A stretch of 61,854 nt of DNA from Candidatus Omnitrophota bacterium (GTDB taxonomy: Bacteria > Omnitrophota > Gorgyraeia > Aquiviventales > Aquiviventaceae): assembly GCA_023247255.1 (NCBI GenBank), contig JAHFGV010000011.1, positions 1 to 61,854 of the forward strand, given 5' to 3'. A model generated the notes under the pieces. That model was not told where the DNA came from. It saw nothing but the letters and a program-made list of their open reading frames with translations, and did not search any database. This document shows, piece by piece, positions 9,960 to 18,880 of the stretch. Position 1 is the first letter of the stretch. Each line of letters begins with the position of its first letter. The position numbers and the translations under genes are program-made.

Positions 9960-10008
9960 CGCGTGGCCAGCTTGGGAAGCTGGAGCACTGCCACTGTGCT
10001 ATACCCGC
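9938..10008 (-). tRNA. tRNA-Gly (anticodon CCC)
   Basis: Manual cloverleaf: GCGGGTA TA GCAC AGTGGCA GTGC T CCAGC TTCCCAA GCTGG CCAC GCGGG TTCGATT CCCGC TACCCGC. CCA is not encoded. Confidence 0.9.
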
Positions 10009-10052
10009 AAGTGGATAAATCTCGCAAAGCGTCCAATAGGAGCGGACGAAAT

Positions 10053-10727
10053 TTATAAGGCTGAAGATTGTATCACAGGCTGAGAAGGATCATCGCTGAA
10101 AAATTCTGTCAAGATCCGCTTGAGCTGCCTCGTAGCGGCCTCGGGATCCGTAGCAGCGCAAACCGCGCGAACCACAGCTACACAGAACGCCCCCGCCTGC
10201 AAAACGGATTTCAGGTTGGAATCATCAATCCCCCCGATACAAACGCATGGCCTGTGCAGCCGTGGAGTGATCTGTGTGATTAAGGCTGTGCCGACAGGGG
10301 AGTATTCCGGTTTCGTGGGAGTCGAAAAAAGCGGACCGACAGCTAGATAATCGACACCTTCACTTTCAACAGCCAGAGCCTGATTGAGGCTATGCGTAGA
10401 TTTGCCGATGAGTCTATCAGGACCCAGAATGTCCCGTGCTACAGTAACCGGAAGGTCATCCTGCCCCAAATGTACGCCATCGGCTCCCACAGCCTTGGCG
10501 ACATCGACGCGGTCATTCACAATCAGCGGGATCTGAGAAGCCTGAGTCAACGCCTTCAGCTTCTCGGCTTCTTGAATCAACTGGCTGGTTGAAGCGCGTT
10601 TGTCCCGCAACTGGATGACGTCGGCGCCTCCCCGAATGGCGCCGGCTGCAACGGACTCTAGGTCACGCTGACCGATCGCCAAGCGGTCAATGATGACGTA
10701 TAGATGCCAGGGTGAGCAAGATTTCAC
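10053..10727 (-). CDS. thiE: thiamine-phosphate synthase
   Basis: LYVIIDR, IQLRDK, LIVNDRVD.A, GVHLGQDD, and YLAVGPLFSTPTK are the family pattern. Confidence 0.85.
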   Translation of the reverse strand: MKSCSPWHLYVIIDRLAIGQRDLESVAAGAIRGGADVIQLRDKRASTSQLIQEAEKLKALTQASQIPLIVNDRVDVAKAVGADGVHLGQDDLPVTVARDILGPDRLIGKSTHSLNQALAVESEGVDYLAVGPLFSTPTKPEYSPVGTALITQITPRLHRPCVCIGGIDDSNLKSVLQAGAFCVAVVRAVCAATDPEAATRQLKRILTEFFSDDPSQPVIQSSAL

Positions 10728-11130
10728 GTTCCACCTCGTAAGTGCGAAAGCGTAGGCGTTGAAAACTTAAGGTATGGCGCCTGGGCAGCAGCCGCGTGCA
10801 TTCCTCGAGGGTCCGCAGGGCCTCCTTGACCCGTTGAAAGTTGACCACCAAGAGATGTTCGAGAGAATCTAATGAAGAGGAACGGGCATTGCGGCCAATA
10901 TCATCGCTGCTATTTCTAGCCTGTAAAAACTCCGTCGGTTCAAAGGGTAACTGTCGCACGGCTTCTGCAATCGAATGACGGAGGCTGCGAAGTTTTCGAA
11001 AAGTTCGCGGAGACTGCCAATGAAACCGCACGATCTCTTCACACACCCGTAAGCCTTCCAGGGCACGATTGGCATTGGCATCGACTAGACGCAGGAGGCT
11101 TCTTCGTTTCGTTCCGGAAAGTTTCATCAC
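10687..11130 (-). CDS. small protein resembling the N-terminal extension domain found fused to ThiE in some lineages
   Basis: LRLVDANANRALEGLRVCEEIVRF pattern. It overlaps the thiE start and is translationally coupled. The assignment is from memory of the domain family. Confidence 0.45.
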   Translation of the reverse strand: MMKLSGTKRRSLLRLVDANANRALEGLRVCEEIVRFHWQSPRTFRKLRSLRHSIAEAVRQLPFEPTEFLQARNSSDDIGRNARSSSLDSLEHLLVVNFQRVKEALRTLEECTRLLPRRHTLSFQRLRFRTYEVEREILLTLASIRHH

Positions 11131-11693
11131 GCCATTCGGGGCTGCGGATGCAAAGCCCCACGGGCGAAATCGCGGGGTTTACTGATTCGTTGCCGAATGC
11201 GCTCGATGAGTGCTGAAGTGGAGCGTCCCTTCAAGAGGGGGATACGCACCACCCGTCCCCCGGTACGCTTGAGTATCTGGCTGCCTACAATATGCTGGCG
11301 ATCCCAATCCCCCCCCTTGACCAGCACATCGGGCTGAAGTCGCTCAATCAACCGTTCGGGCGTGCGCTCATGAAAGATGGTCACGTAATTCACGCAGGCA
11401 AGCGCAGCCAGAATCACCGAGCGATCCCGCTGGCCAACCAGTGGGCGTCGGGGACCTTTCAATACACGCACCGAACGGTCGCTGTTAATTGCCACGATCA
11501 ACAAATCGCCCAGGCGTCTTGAGCGTTCCAGCAGATTGACGTGCCCCGCATGCAGAAGATCGAAACAACCGTTGGTGAAAACGACTCGGCAGCCTTTGGC
11601 CTTGGCTCTGTGGATAATCGGGATGAGGATATCCTGTGAAAGGATCTTGTGTCGTGCACGATCAACGGGAAAGGGCTTCATCGACCAAAGCAC
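11127..11693 (-). CDS. rfaE2: D-beta-D-heptose 1-phosphate adenylyltransferase (RfaE domain II, cytidylyltransferase fold)
   Basis: VFTNGCFDLLHAGHVNLL nucleotidyltransferase motif. Adjacent to gmhA. Confidence 0.8.
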   Translation of the reverse strand: MLWSMKPFPVDRARHKILSQDILIPIIHRAKAKGCRVVFTNGCFDLLHAGHVNLLERSRRLGDLLIVAINSDRSVRVLKGPRRPLVGQRDRSVILAALACVNYVTIFHERTPERLIERLQPDVLVKGGDWDRQHIVGSQILKRTGGRVVRIPLLKGRSTSALIERIRQRISKPRDFARGALHPQPRMA

Positions 11694-12300
11694 AAAGGAT
11701 GTGACCGATGGTAAGATGGACCTCTTGAATACGAGCGGTTATCTTCGAGGGAACACAGATACAGATGTCACAGAGCTGAACCATTTGGCCTGCGGTCTGA
11801 CCGGTCAGGCCGACGGTTGTGATGGCGAGTTTTTTAGCCATCCGCAAACCCTCTAAGACATTCGGCGAATTTCCAGACGTCGATAGCCCAATTGCAATAT
11901 CCCCAGATTGCGCTAATCCTTCAATCTGCCTGGAGAAGATCTGTTCGAAAGCATAGTCATTGCCGATGGCAGTGACGCTGGCCATGTTCTCGGTCAGGGA
12001 TATCGAAGGCAACGAGCGTCGGTTGTGCTGAAATCGACCCACAAACTCACCCGCCATATGCTGCCCCTGAGTCGCCGAGCCGCCGTTGCCAAACCAGATG
12101 ATTTTATGCCCTGCGCGGATGGCTTGCGTCATGAGCGCTGCGGCCTGCGCCATCAGCTCAATCTGCCCCTGCGATAGCTGCGCATGCAATCGCGAGGTTT
12201 CTTTGAGAACCGATGTGACGAATCGGCACGAAATCTCTGATAGTGACCCGGTCGAATTAACCGAAGAAGACTTTGGCGAGCGCATAGAGGTCATTGTCAA
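11662..12300 (-). CDS. gmhA: phosphoheptose isomerase (SIS domain)
   Basis: FGNGGSATQGQHMAGEF and GLSTSGNSPNV. The true start may lie downstream of the longest ORF start. Confidence 0.8.
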   Translation of the reverse strand: MTMTSMRSPKSSSVNSTGSLSEISCRFVTSVLKETSRLHAQLSQGQIELMAQAAALMTQAIRAGHKIIWFGNGGSATQGQHMAGEFVGRFQHNRRSLPSISLTENMASVTAIGNDYAFEQIFSRQIEGLAQSGDIAIGLSTSGNSPNVLEGLRMAKKLAITTVGLTGQTAGQMVQLCDICICVPSKITARIQEVHLTIGHILCALVDEALSR

Positions 12301-13297
12301 CCGTCTTTAGCGTTCCGACGCCTGCTTCAATCGACACATCCACAATCTGATTTCCCCGGAGGCTCACCATCTGACCGAATCGGCCCGCCAGTACCAGCTC
12401 CACTGCCTTGACCCCAAAGCGCGTGCCCAGAATCCGGTCAAAGGCGGTCGGACTTCCCCCGCGTTGAAGATACCCCAAGACTGTGACCCGGGTTTCAAAT
12501 CCGGTACGTTCTTCAATGAGACTACCCAGAAGATGCCCAATGCCCCCCAGACGCACATGCCCGAAATCATCCCGGGACTTTTCTGTCACAACGTCCTTGC
12601 CCGCTTTGAGCTGTGCCCCTTCAGACACTACTACGATACTGAAATCCTTCCCGCGCGCGTGCCGCTTTTTGATCAATTCACACACCGCATCAATATCGAT
12701 GGGCTCTTCAGGAATCAAGATGACGTCCGCTCCCCCCGCAATGCCGGCGCACGTGGCGATCCATCCTGCGTGACGCCCCATGACTTCCGCGACCATAATG
12801 CGGTGATGGCTCTCAGCCGTCGTGTGCAACCGATCGATGGCTTCCATCGCGATATTGACAGCCGTGTCGAATCCGAAGGTATAGTCGGTCATCGAAAGAT
12901 CGTTGTCGATGGTTTTGGGCACACCGACGATTTTCACGTTGTGTTGCTTGACCAGTTTCGCGGCGACCCCTAAAGTATCTTCCCCACCGATGGCAATGAG
13001 GGCATCGAGCGGCAATCGCGTAAACGTCTGGAGCAGGCGACCTATGTCTTGCGGGTGCTTGAAGGGATTCGTCCTTGAAGTCCCCAGGATGGTTCCCCCC
13101 TTGGGAAGAATGCCTGAGACGGCATTCAGATCCAACGGTATCGCATCTGCTTCAATCAGCCCTTTCCAGCCATTACGAATGCCGATAACACGCAGACCTC
13201 CTTGAATCGCTCGACGGGTAACCGCACGGATCACTGGATTGAGCCCTGGACAATCCCCACCCCCTGTCAGTACGCCTAATTGTTGGATGGTCGTCAT
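12257..13297 (-). CDS. pfp: 6-phosphofructokinase, probably PPi-dependent
   Basis: GGGDCPGLN, IGGEDT and PKTIDND. Asp and Lys sit at the positions equivalent to E. coli Gly104/Gly124, which is the published PPi-versus-ATP discriminator. Confidence 0.75.
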   Translation of the reverse strand: MTTIQQLGVLTGGGDCPGLNPVIRAVTRRAIQGGLRVIGIRNGWKGLIEADAIPLDLNAVSGILPKGGTILGTSRTNPFKHPQDIGRLLQTFTRLPLDALIAIGGEDTLGVAAKLVKQHNVKIVGVPKTIDNDLSMTDYTFGFDTAVNIAMEAIDRLHTTAESHHRIMVAEVMGRHAGWIATCAGIAGGADVILIPEEPIDIDAVCELIKKRHARGKDFSIVVVSEGAQLKAGKDVVTEKSRDDFGHVRLGGIGHLLGSLIEERTGFETRVTVLGYLQRGGSPTAFDRILGTRFGVKAVELVLAGRFGQMVSLRGNQIVDVSIEAGVGTLKTVDNDLYALAKVFFG

Positions 13298-14643
13298 TCT
13301 CCTTCCCCGAGTAGCCGATCAATATAGTTCGTCGAAATCTGTCCACGCCAGAATGTAGGATCCCTGAAGATTTGTCGAAACAGTGGAATGGTCGTTCGAA
13401 TCGGCTCGATGATGAACTCATCCAGCGCCCGTTGCATGACTCGAATCGCCTCCTGCCGAGTTTCCCCGCTAGCAATGAGCTTAGCCAGCAAGGAATCGTA
13501 GTACGGGGGAACATCGTAGCCGGCACAAACATGCGTATCCACACGGATCCCCCGTCCCCCCGGCTGGCAGTATGTGACAATCCGGCCCGGGGATGGGCTG
13601 AATCCGTTAGTGGGATCCTCGGCGTTGATCCGACACTCGATCGCCCAGCCTTCAAGGGAGATGTCGTCTTGCTTGTACCCTAAAGATTCACCCGCCGCCA
13701 TTCGAATCTGCTCCTTAATCAGGTCAATGCCGGTGACCCCCTCGGTAACGGGATGTTCGACTTGAATCCGCGTATTCATCTCGATGAAGTAGAACGTCCC
13801 ATCACGGTTCAGCAAAAACTCAACCGTCCCTACAGTCGCATATTCGGACGCCTTTGCCGCTCGCACCGCCAACTCTCCCATCTTGCGCCGCAGCTTGGTG
13901 TCCAAGGCCGACGATGGCGCTTCCTCAATGAGTTTTTGGTGACGCCGTTGGATCGTGCAGTCCCGTTCCCCCAAATGCACGGTGTGACCGGATTTATCCG
14001 CGAGAATCTGAAACTCAATGTGCCGCGGCTCCTCGAGATACTTCTCCACAAACACATCGCTGTTGCCGAAGCTGGCTTCGGCCTCCGCTTGACAGGTCAT
14101 CAACGCATTGAACAGACGGCCGTCATTGTGACAAATCCGCATCCCGCGCCCTCCACCGCCTGCCGCCGCTTTGACAATCACAGGATAACGAATCCGACGG
14201 GCCGTATTCAACGCGTCCTCCTTACTCTTGATGGCTGTCATGCTGCCTGGAACAATGGGAATCCCTGTCTTACGCATGAGATCCTTAGCAGCCAGTTTAT
14301 CTCCCATCAGGCGAATCGCGCGCGAGGACGGACCGATGAAAGTGATGTTGCAGGACTCGCAGATTTCGGCGAAGTGGGCGTTTTGGGAGAGAAATCCGTA
14401 GCCGGGATGAATGCCATCCACGTCCGTAATCTCTGCGGCACTGACGATCGCGGGAATGTTGAGATAGCTCTGTTCGGCTTTAGGCCCACCGACACAAATC
14501 GCTTCATCCGCCAGACGAACGTGCAGGCCGTTACGATCCGCCTCGGAGTAGATCGCCACCGTCCGGATACCCATTTCCTTGCATGCCCGGATGACACGGA
14601 CAGCGATCTCTGCTCGATTAGCCACTAGGATTTTTGAGAACAT
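13294..14643 (-). CDS. accC: acetyl-CoA carboxylase biotin carboxylase subunit
   Basis: KILVANRAEIAVRVIRA, ATP-grasp GGGGRGMR, EMNTRIQVEHPVTE. Confidence 0.95.
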   Translation of the reverse strand: MFSKILVANRAEIAVRVIRACKEMGIRTVAIYSEADRNGLHVRLADEAICVGGPKAEQSYLNIPAIVSAAEITDVDGIHPGYGFLSQNAHFAEICESCNITFIGPSSRAIRLMGDKLAAKDLMRKTGIPIVPGSMTAIKSKEDALNTARRIRYPVIVKAAAGGGGRGMRICHNDGRLFNALMTCQAEAEASFGNSDVFVEKYLEEPRHIEFQILADKSGHTVHLGERDCTIQRRHQKLIEEAPSSALDTKLRRKMGELAVRAAKASEYATVGTVEFLLNRDGTFYFIEMNTRIQVEHPVTEGVTGIDLIKEQIRMAAGESLGYKQDDISLEGWAIECRINAEDPTNGFSPSPGRIVTYCQPGGRGIRVDTHVCAGYDVPPYYDSLLAKLIASGETRQEAIRVMQRALDEFIIEPIRTTIPLFRQIFRDPTFWRGQISTNYIDRLLGEGE

Positions 14644-14681
14644 CGGAGGCGATCGGCTCGACGATCAGAAACACGAACGGT

Positions 14682-15167
14682 TCAGCTACCCGCTGGGGAA
14701 GGCTCAATGACGAACAACGGTTGTCCAAACTCTACCGCATCGCCGTTTTGCATCAGGACCTCGATGACCCGCCCTGCTGCTTCAGACTTGATCTCGTTCA
14801 TGACTTTCATGGCCTCGATGATGCATACTACCTGCCCCACTTCCATATCCTGTCCCACTTCCACAAAAGGGGGTGCATCCGGAGCGGCAGCCCGATAGAA
14901 CGTGCCGACCATCGGCGATTTAATGATCTTTCGATGCTCGGAGCCCTCAACCGGCTTGCCAGAGGATGGAAGGATCGGTTGTGGGACACCACTGACGTAC
15001 TCCATCACATGGGGAGCGGGGTTGGCCTGTGCCTTCTTCAGACGGATGCGCAATCCCTGATGTTCCATTTCCAGCTCGACCAATCCGCGACTTTCCATGA
15101 GTTGCAACATCTCTTCGATCAATCGGAAGGCCTCGCGCTCAGAACTCTTAAGACGTCTTTCCATCAC
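14682..15167 (-). CDS. accB: biotin carboxyl carrier protein
   Basis: Biotinylation motif IEAMKVMNEI, located directly upstream of accC. Confidence 0.9.
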   Translation of the reverse strand: MMERRLKSSEREAFRLIEEMLQLMESRGLVELEMEHQGLRIRLKKAQANPAPHVMEYVSGVPQPILPSSGKPVEGSEHRKIIKSPMVGTFYRAAAPDAPPFVEVGQDMEVGQVVCIIEAMKVMNEIKSEAAGRVIEVLMQNGDAVEFGQPLFVIEPSPAGS

Positions 15168-15242
15168 TGGCCCTTCAGAAATTTTGCTTTCGTAAAATCT
15201 CTAGTCGGGTGCTGAAAAACACACGGGATACTAGGGACACAC

Positions 15243-15800
15243 CTATACACGGGATACATAGGAACCTGTTCGGGTATCGACTCGAATGACATCCCCGACC
15301 TCCACAAAAAGTGGCACCTGCACGGTCGCCCCCGTCTCGACTTGGGCTGGTTTCAGACCGGCTTTTGCCGTATCCCCTCGAATCCCCGGTTCCGTCACAT
15401 CTATCCGAAGATCCACGAACATCGGCGGCTGAATGCCAATGAGTTGAGAATCGTAAAATTGTCCTTCCAACTCCATGTTTTCTTTCAACAAGGTGGCGCT
15501 TTCTCCAAACAAGGAAGCGGCGATGGCTATCTCCTCGTAAGTAGAAGTATCCATCAGGTGAAACGTGTCCGCCGATCGGTACAGGTATTGTAAAGTCCGT
15601 CTCTCGATGTATGCCTCTTGAAACTTTTCCCCAGCGCGGAAAGTGCGTTCGATCACGGATTGATCTTTCATGCGACGGAGTTTCGTCCGTACGAAAGCCC
15701 CGCCCTTTCCCGGTTTCACATGCTGAAATTCCACGATGGTCCATAATTGCCCATCCATCTCAATGGTCACACCTGTGTGAAACTCAGTTGTAGAAATCAT
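15243..15800 (-). CDS. efp: elongation factor P
   Basis: [15 protein letters not shown] loop; 185 aa. Confidence 0.95.
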   Translation of the reverse strand: MISTTEFHTGVTIEMDGQLWTIVEFQHVKPGKGGAFVRTKLRRMKDQSVIERTFRAGEKFQEAYIERRTLQYLYRSADTFHLMDTSTYEEIAIAASLFGESATLLKENMELEGQFYDSQLIGIQPPMFVDLRIDVTEPGIRGDTAKAGLKPAQVETGATVQVPLFVEVGDVIRVDTRTGSYVSRV

Positions 15801-16309
15801 TTCCCTCGCCTGTCGTGAGAACGGATCGATCGTTTCCGGACACTGTTATGTATCGAACTTAAGCGAGAACCCGAAGAAGAAATTACCGTTAACAGGGCTT
15901 CCAAACCGAACCGGTAGCTGGCCGGCCCGAATCCACTTACCTGTCCCTGGCATACGGGCGCAATCAGCGAATGTTGGCGAAACGCCTCCCGAGCGTAAAT
16001 ATTGGACAGATGCACTTCAACCGTCGGCAAAGCCGCGGCTTCAATGGCATCGCGGATCGCAACACTCGTATGGGTATAGGCCGCCGGGTTAATCAGCAAG
16101 CCGTCATATTGCAAGCTCGCTTGTCCAATCCGATCCACAATCTCTCCTTCATGGTTGGATTGGAGAATATCGATTTTAAAACCTCTCTCAGAGGCCAGTC
16201 GCCTGAGTTGTTTGTTGATCGCTTCCAGATCCGCCGTTCCGTAAACTTCAGGCTGGCGCTTGCCCAACAGATTGAGATTGGGTCCGTGTATGACGAGAAT
16301 TTTATCCAT
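15797..16309 (-). CDS. aroQ: type II 3-dehydroquinate dehydratase (with a ~20-aa C-terminal tail)
   Basis: [30 protein letters not shown]. Confidence 0.9.
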   Translation of the reverse strand: MDKILVIHGPNLNLLGKRQPEVYGTADLEAINKQLRRLASERGFKIDILQSNHEGEIVDRIGQASLQYDGLLINPAAYTHTSVAIRDAIEAAALPTVEVHLSNIYAREAFRQHSLIAPVCQGQVSGFGPASYRFGLEALLTVISSSGSRLSSIHNSVRKRSIRSHDRRGK

Positions 16310-16345
16310 GCCCAGGAAGTTGCCGAGCCCTCAAGCAGATTGTCC

Positions 16346-16525
16346 CTATTGTCCTTTTGCCTGTTCGGCCTCTTCAACAAGCATGACGGGAATCCCTTCG
16401 CGAATGGGATACCGACGATGACATTGGCCACAAACGAGATGCCCTTCATCGAGGGTGACTGAAATCTTACAAACCGGACAGGCAAGAATCTCTAACAACC
16501 GCGGATCAATGATGGACTGCGCCAT
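16346..16525 (-). CDS. Trm112/YcaR-family small zinc-ribbon protein (59 aa, below the ORF-track cutoff)
   Basis: Manual translation: MAQSIIDPRLLEILACPVCKISVTLDEGHLVCGQCHRRYPIREGIPVMLVEEAEQAKGQ*. Its ATG overlaps the rmuC stop (TAATG). Confidence 0.7.
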   Translation of the reverse strand: MAQSIIDPRLLEILACPVCKISVTLDEGHLVCGQCHRRYPIREGIPVMLVEEAEQAKGQ

Positions 16526-17646
16526 TACGTCTGTGACTCCACCGCTGACAAGGAATCGCTTATGGGCCCTGCCTCAGGAAGGGACTCGGAAATATGGCCC
16601 GTGCGATAGGCTTCGATCTGCTGAATTTTATCATCCAGACGCCGATAGCTAGAGCTGGTAATCTCTCGGTACTTTTCAGTCACCCGCTCCAACCGCTGTC
16701 CCAACTCGAGGAATCTTTCCTTAAACTTGCCGTAGTCCGCCAGAAAAGCATTGATCGTCTGGATAATATTCTCGATGGTGCGCGAATAGTGATAGTGCTG
16801 CCAGCTCTGCCAGATGATTCGCAACACCGCATAAAGGGTGGACGGGCCACAGAGAAGGATCCGTTTGTTGAGACAGTCATCGAGCAGTCCGGGGATCCAT
16901 TCGTGAACCAGGCCATAAACCTGCTCGTTGGGGATGAAGATCACCAAATAATCCAGCGATCGATCCGACTGCGCGAGATAATCCCGACGGGTCATCTCTC
17001 GGAGATGTTCCTTAACATCCTTCACAAAGAGATCCCGGAATCGTGGCTGATCTTGTGGGGCGCTTTGCGTAAACTTGAGATAGTTCTCCAGGGGAAATTT
17101 GACATCCATGAACAGCTGATGGTCTTCAGGAAGTAGAAAGGTATAGTCCGGCCGCCCAGAACCGGAACTGAGCTCTTGCTCTTTCAGGTAATGAATCCGC
17201 TCTTTTAGACCACATGCACGGAGGATATCTTCAGCCATCTGCTGACCCCATTGGCCACGGATCCGGGAATTGCTCAAAACCGAAACGAGGTTAGCGGTCG
17301 TCTGTTGGAGTTGATCGGCGCCGGTCACCACACGCTCCAACTGGTTTTGAAGCTTCCCGTATTTTTGATCGCGATCCGATTCAAAGACCCTGATCAATTC
17401 TTCATAACGTTTCAGTTGGGCTTCGAGTCCTTGGACTTGGGTTTCTACGGATTTGCGGGTGATTTCCAGCTCGTGTGTGCGAGCCATTTGTTCCGTGTGC
17501 AGAGTCTGGGAGGAAAAACGAGCCAAGTCATCGCGCGTCTGTCGCAACACCTCTTGGGTCAAGGTGTACATCTGACTTCTCAACCACCAGCCTGCCGCAA
17601 TGATCGCGATGACGCATATAAAACCCAAGACAACCAGCCAAAACAT
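16525..17646 (-). CDS. rmuC: DNA recombination protein RmuC
   Basis: N-terminal TM helix, coiled coil, then the RmuC core (RPDYTFLLPEDHQLFMDVKFPLE, VIFIPNEQVY). Confidence 0.85.
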   Translation of the reverse strand: MFWLVVLGFICVIAIIAAGWWLRSQMYTLTQEVLRQTRDDLARFSSQTLHTEQMARTHELEITRKSVETQVQGLEAQLKRYEELIRVFESDRDQKYGKLQNQLERVVTGADQLQQTTANLVSVLSNSRIRGQWGQQMAEDILRACGLKERIHYLKEQELSSGSGRPDYTFLLPEDHQLFMDVKFPLENYLKFTQSAPQDQPRFRDLFVKDVKEHLREMTRRDYLAQSDRSLDYLVIFIPNEQVYGLVHEWIPGLLDDCLNKRILLCGPSTLYAVLRIIWQSWQHYHYSRTIENIIQTINAFLADYGKFKERFLELGQRLERVTEKYREITSSSYRRLDDKIQQIEAYRTGHISESLPEAGPISDSLSAVESQT

Positions 17647-17653
17647 CAGCCTT

Positions 17654-18046
17654 CTATCCCTTCGTCTTGCTCATATAACGCATGCGCAATTGGTAAAGCG
17701 TGTCCTTGAAGAAACCCTCTTCCTCTACGGATAGATTACCTCTAGTTTTCTGCTCCAGGATTCCTAAAAGATCGATGAGGTATCGGGCATGAGGAAGATT
17801 GGCGGCTTGCTTTCGTGTGGCAGGATGCGGCATGTCACCCAAAGCAACCAGAGTCTCCATCGCCAGGCCGGAGATAAACAAATCAAATCGCGCTTCGGGC
17901 GGTTGCTGAGCTTCGGATTGCGGCTCGACTTGCGGGGAAACCTTGGAACTTGACGATGCGGCAGGGGCTTGTTTAGGTAGTTGTCTTTCACGTTCTGCCT
18001 GTTCCTTCCACGACTCGTCAACGCGTTTCTTCAACGGTTCATCCAT
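17654..18046 (-). CDS. DUF1844-family protein
   Basis: FDLFISGLAMETLVALG...IDLLGILEQKTRGNLSVEE...LYQLRMRY matches the remembered DUF1844 pattern. Confidence 0.6.
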   Translation of the reverse strand: MDEPLKKRVDESWKEQAERERQLPKQAPAASSSSKVSPQVEPQSEAQQPPEARFDLFISGLAMETLVALGDMPHPATRKQAANLPHARYLIDLLGILEQKTRGNLSVEEEGFFKDTLYQLRMRYMSKTKG

Positions 18047-18052
18047 GACGGG

Positions 18053-18880
18053 TTACCTCACGACAAACCCTGCATAGCCAATTACGGAATGGGGATCGCC
18101 ACCGGCTTGATCACTGCTGCCGTAAGCAACCCCATCGGTAACGCTCACCCCCAATCGTTGGGAAGCATCCAGAACGCAGGCAACAGCGCCCCAGCCGCAC
18201 ATCAATACATCCGCTTCACGGACGTATCGGACTAATCCCCGAGAATCCATCGCACAGATTCTCTCGATGATGGCTTGATCGTGTATCCGGCCACATGCCT
18301 GCGATTCGTAATGCGACAGATCTGAGCTGGCAATGAGTAGCGTAGGTTCTTCTACCATTCTTACCACTTGGGCCACTGCCTCTGCCAACTGTAACGACTC
18401 CTGCTCACAGCCCAACGCCATAATGATGGGCACCACCGTTAAATCAGCGGGGGCCAATCTTTGAAGAAAAGGAAGTTGAACTTCAATCGCATGTTCTCCG
18501 CGTTGCGCAGCTTCATCGGATTGCAGAAAAGGGCATCGATCCTGCAGGGCTTCAGCCAGAGGCTGATCGATCGGAACGTCCCCGAGGGGGGTCCGGTAGG
18601 CTCCGGTAACCATGATAGACCATGGGGTAGCCCGTCCAATATGAGAAGGACCGATGATCAGACAGCGACGCGGCACACGAACCCTACTCAACACTGCACC
18701 CGTAATGGCCCCAGAGTGGCGGTAACTGCCATGCGGCACAATCACCGCTACGGCAGGCGTGGAAACGTGCGGGTTCACCCAGCCATCCACCGCATCCGCC
18801 AATAAATCCGGCTGTTGGGGATAGTAGTAACCCGCAACCGCTGGACGTCGTATCCGATAGCTACTCGGGGTGGTGACCAT
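18053..18880 (-). CDS. MEMO1-family protein (AmmeMemoRadiSam system protein B-like)
   Basis: PAVAGYYYP, VIVPHGSYRHSG, ASSDLSHY. Confidence 0.8.
   Translation of the reverse strand: MVTTPSSYRIRRPAVAGYYYPQQPDLLADAVDGWVNPHVSTPAVAVIVPHGSYRHSGAITGAVLSRVRVPRRCLIIGPSHIGRATPWSIMVTGAYRTPLGDVPIDQPLAEALQDRCPFLQSDEAAQRGEHAIEVQLPFLQRLAPADLTVVPIIMALGCEQESLQLAEAVAQVVRMVEEPTLLIASSDLSHYESQACGRIHDQAIIERICAMDSRGLVRYVREADVLMCGWGAVACVLDASQRLGVSVTDGVAYGSSDQAGGDPHSVIGYAGFVVR

Noticed and set aside
9735-10008. tRNA-Gly direct repeats as attL/attR of an integrated island or prophage
   Set aside because: Only 83 nt separate the repeats. There is no integrase, excisionase or cargo. The neighbouring RHS remnant lies outside the repeat pair.
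13753-14628. Long plus-strand ORFs (for example 13753-14628 at 291 aa, 2295-2792, 14634-15215, 37454-38017, 47567-48115) that could be read as genes
   Set aside because: Each lies entirely antisense to a minus-strand gene with strong family motifs (accC, helicase, accB, pilB, mreB). The translations are Arg/Ser/His-rich with no motifs, typical of shadow ORFs in GC-moderate DNA.
15175-15744. 189-aa ORF overlapping efp in another frame; also 13173-13655 overlapping accC/pfp and 43145-43432 overlapping rodA
   Set aside because: These are same-strand alternative frames of well-supported genes, with Arg/Gly/Ser-rich composition and no motifs.
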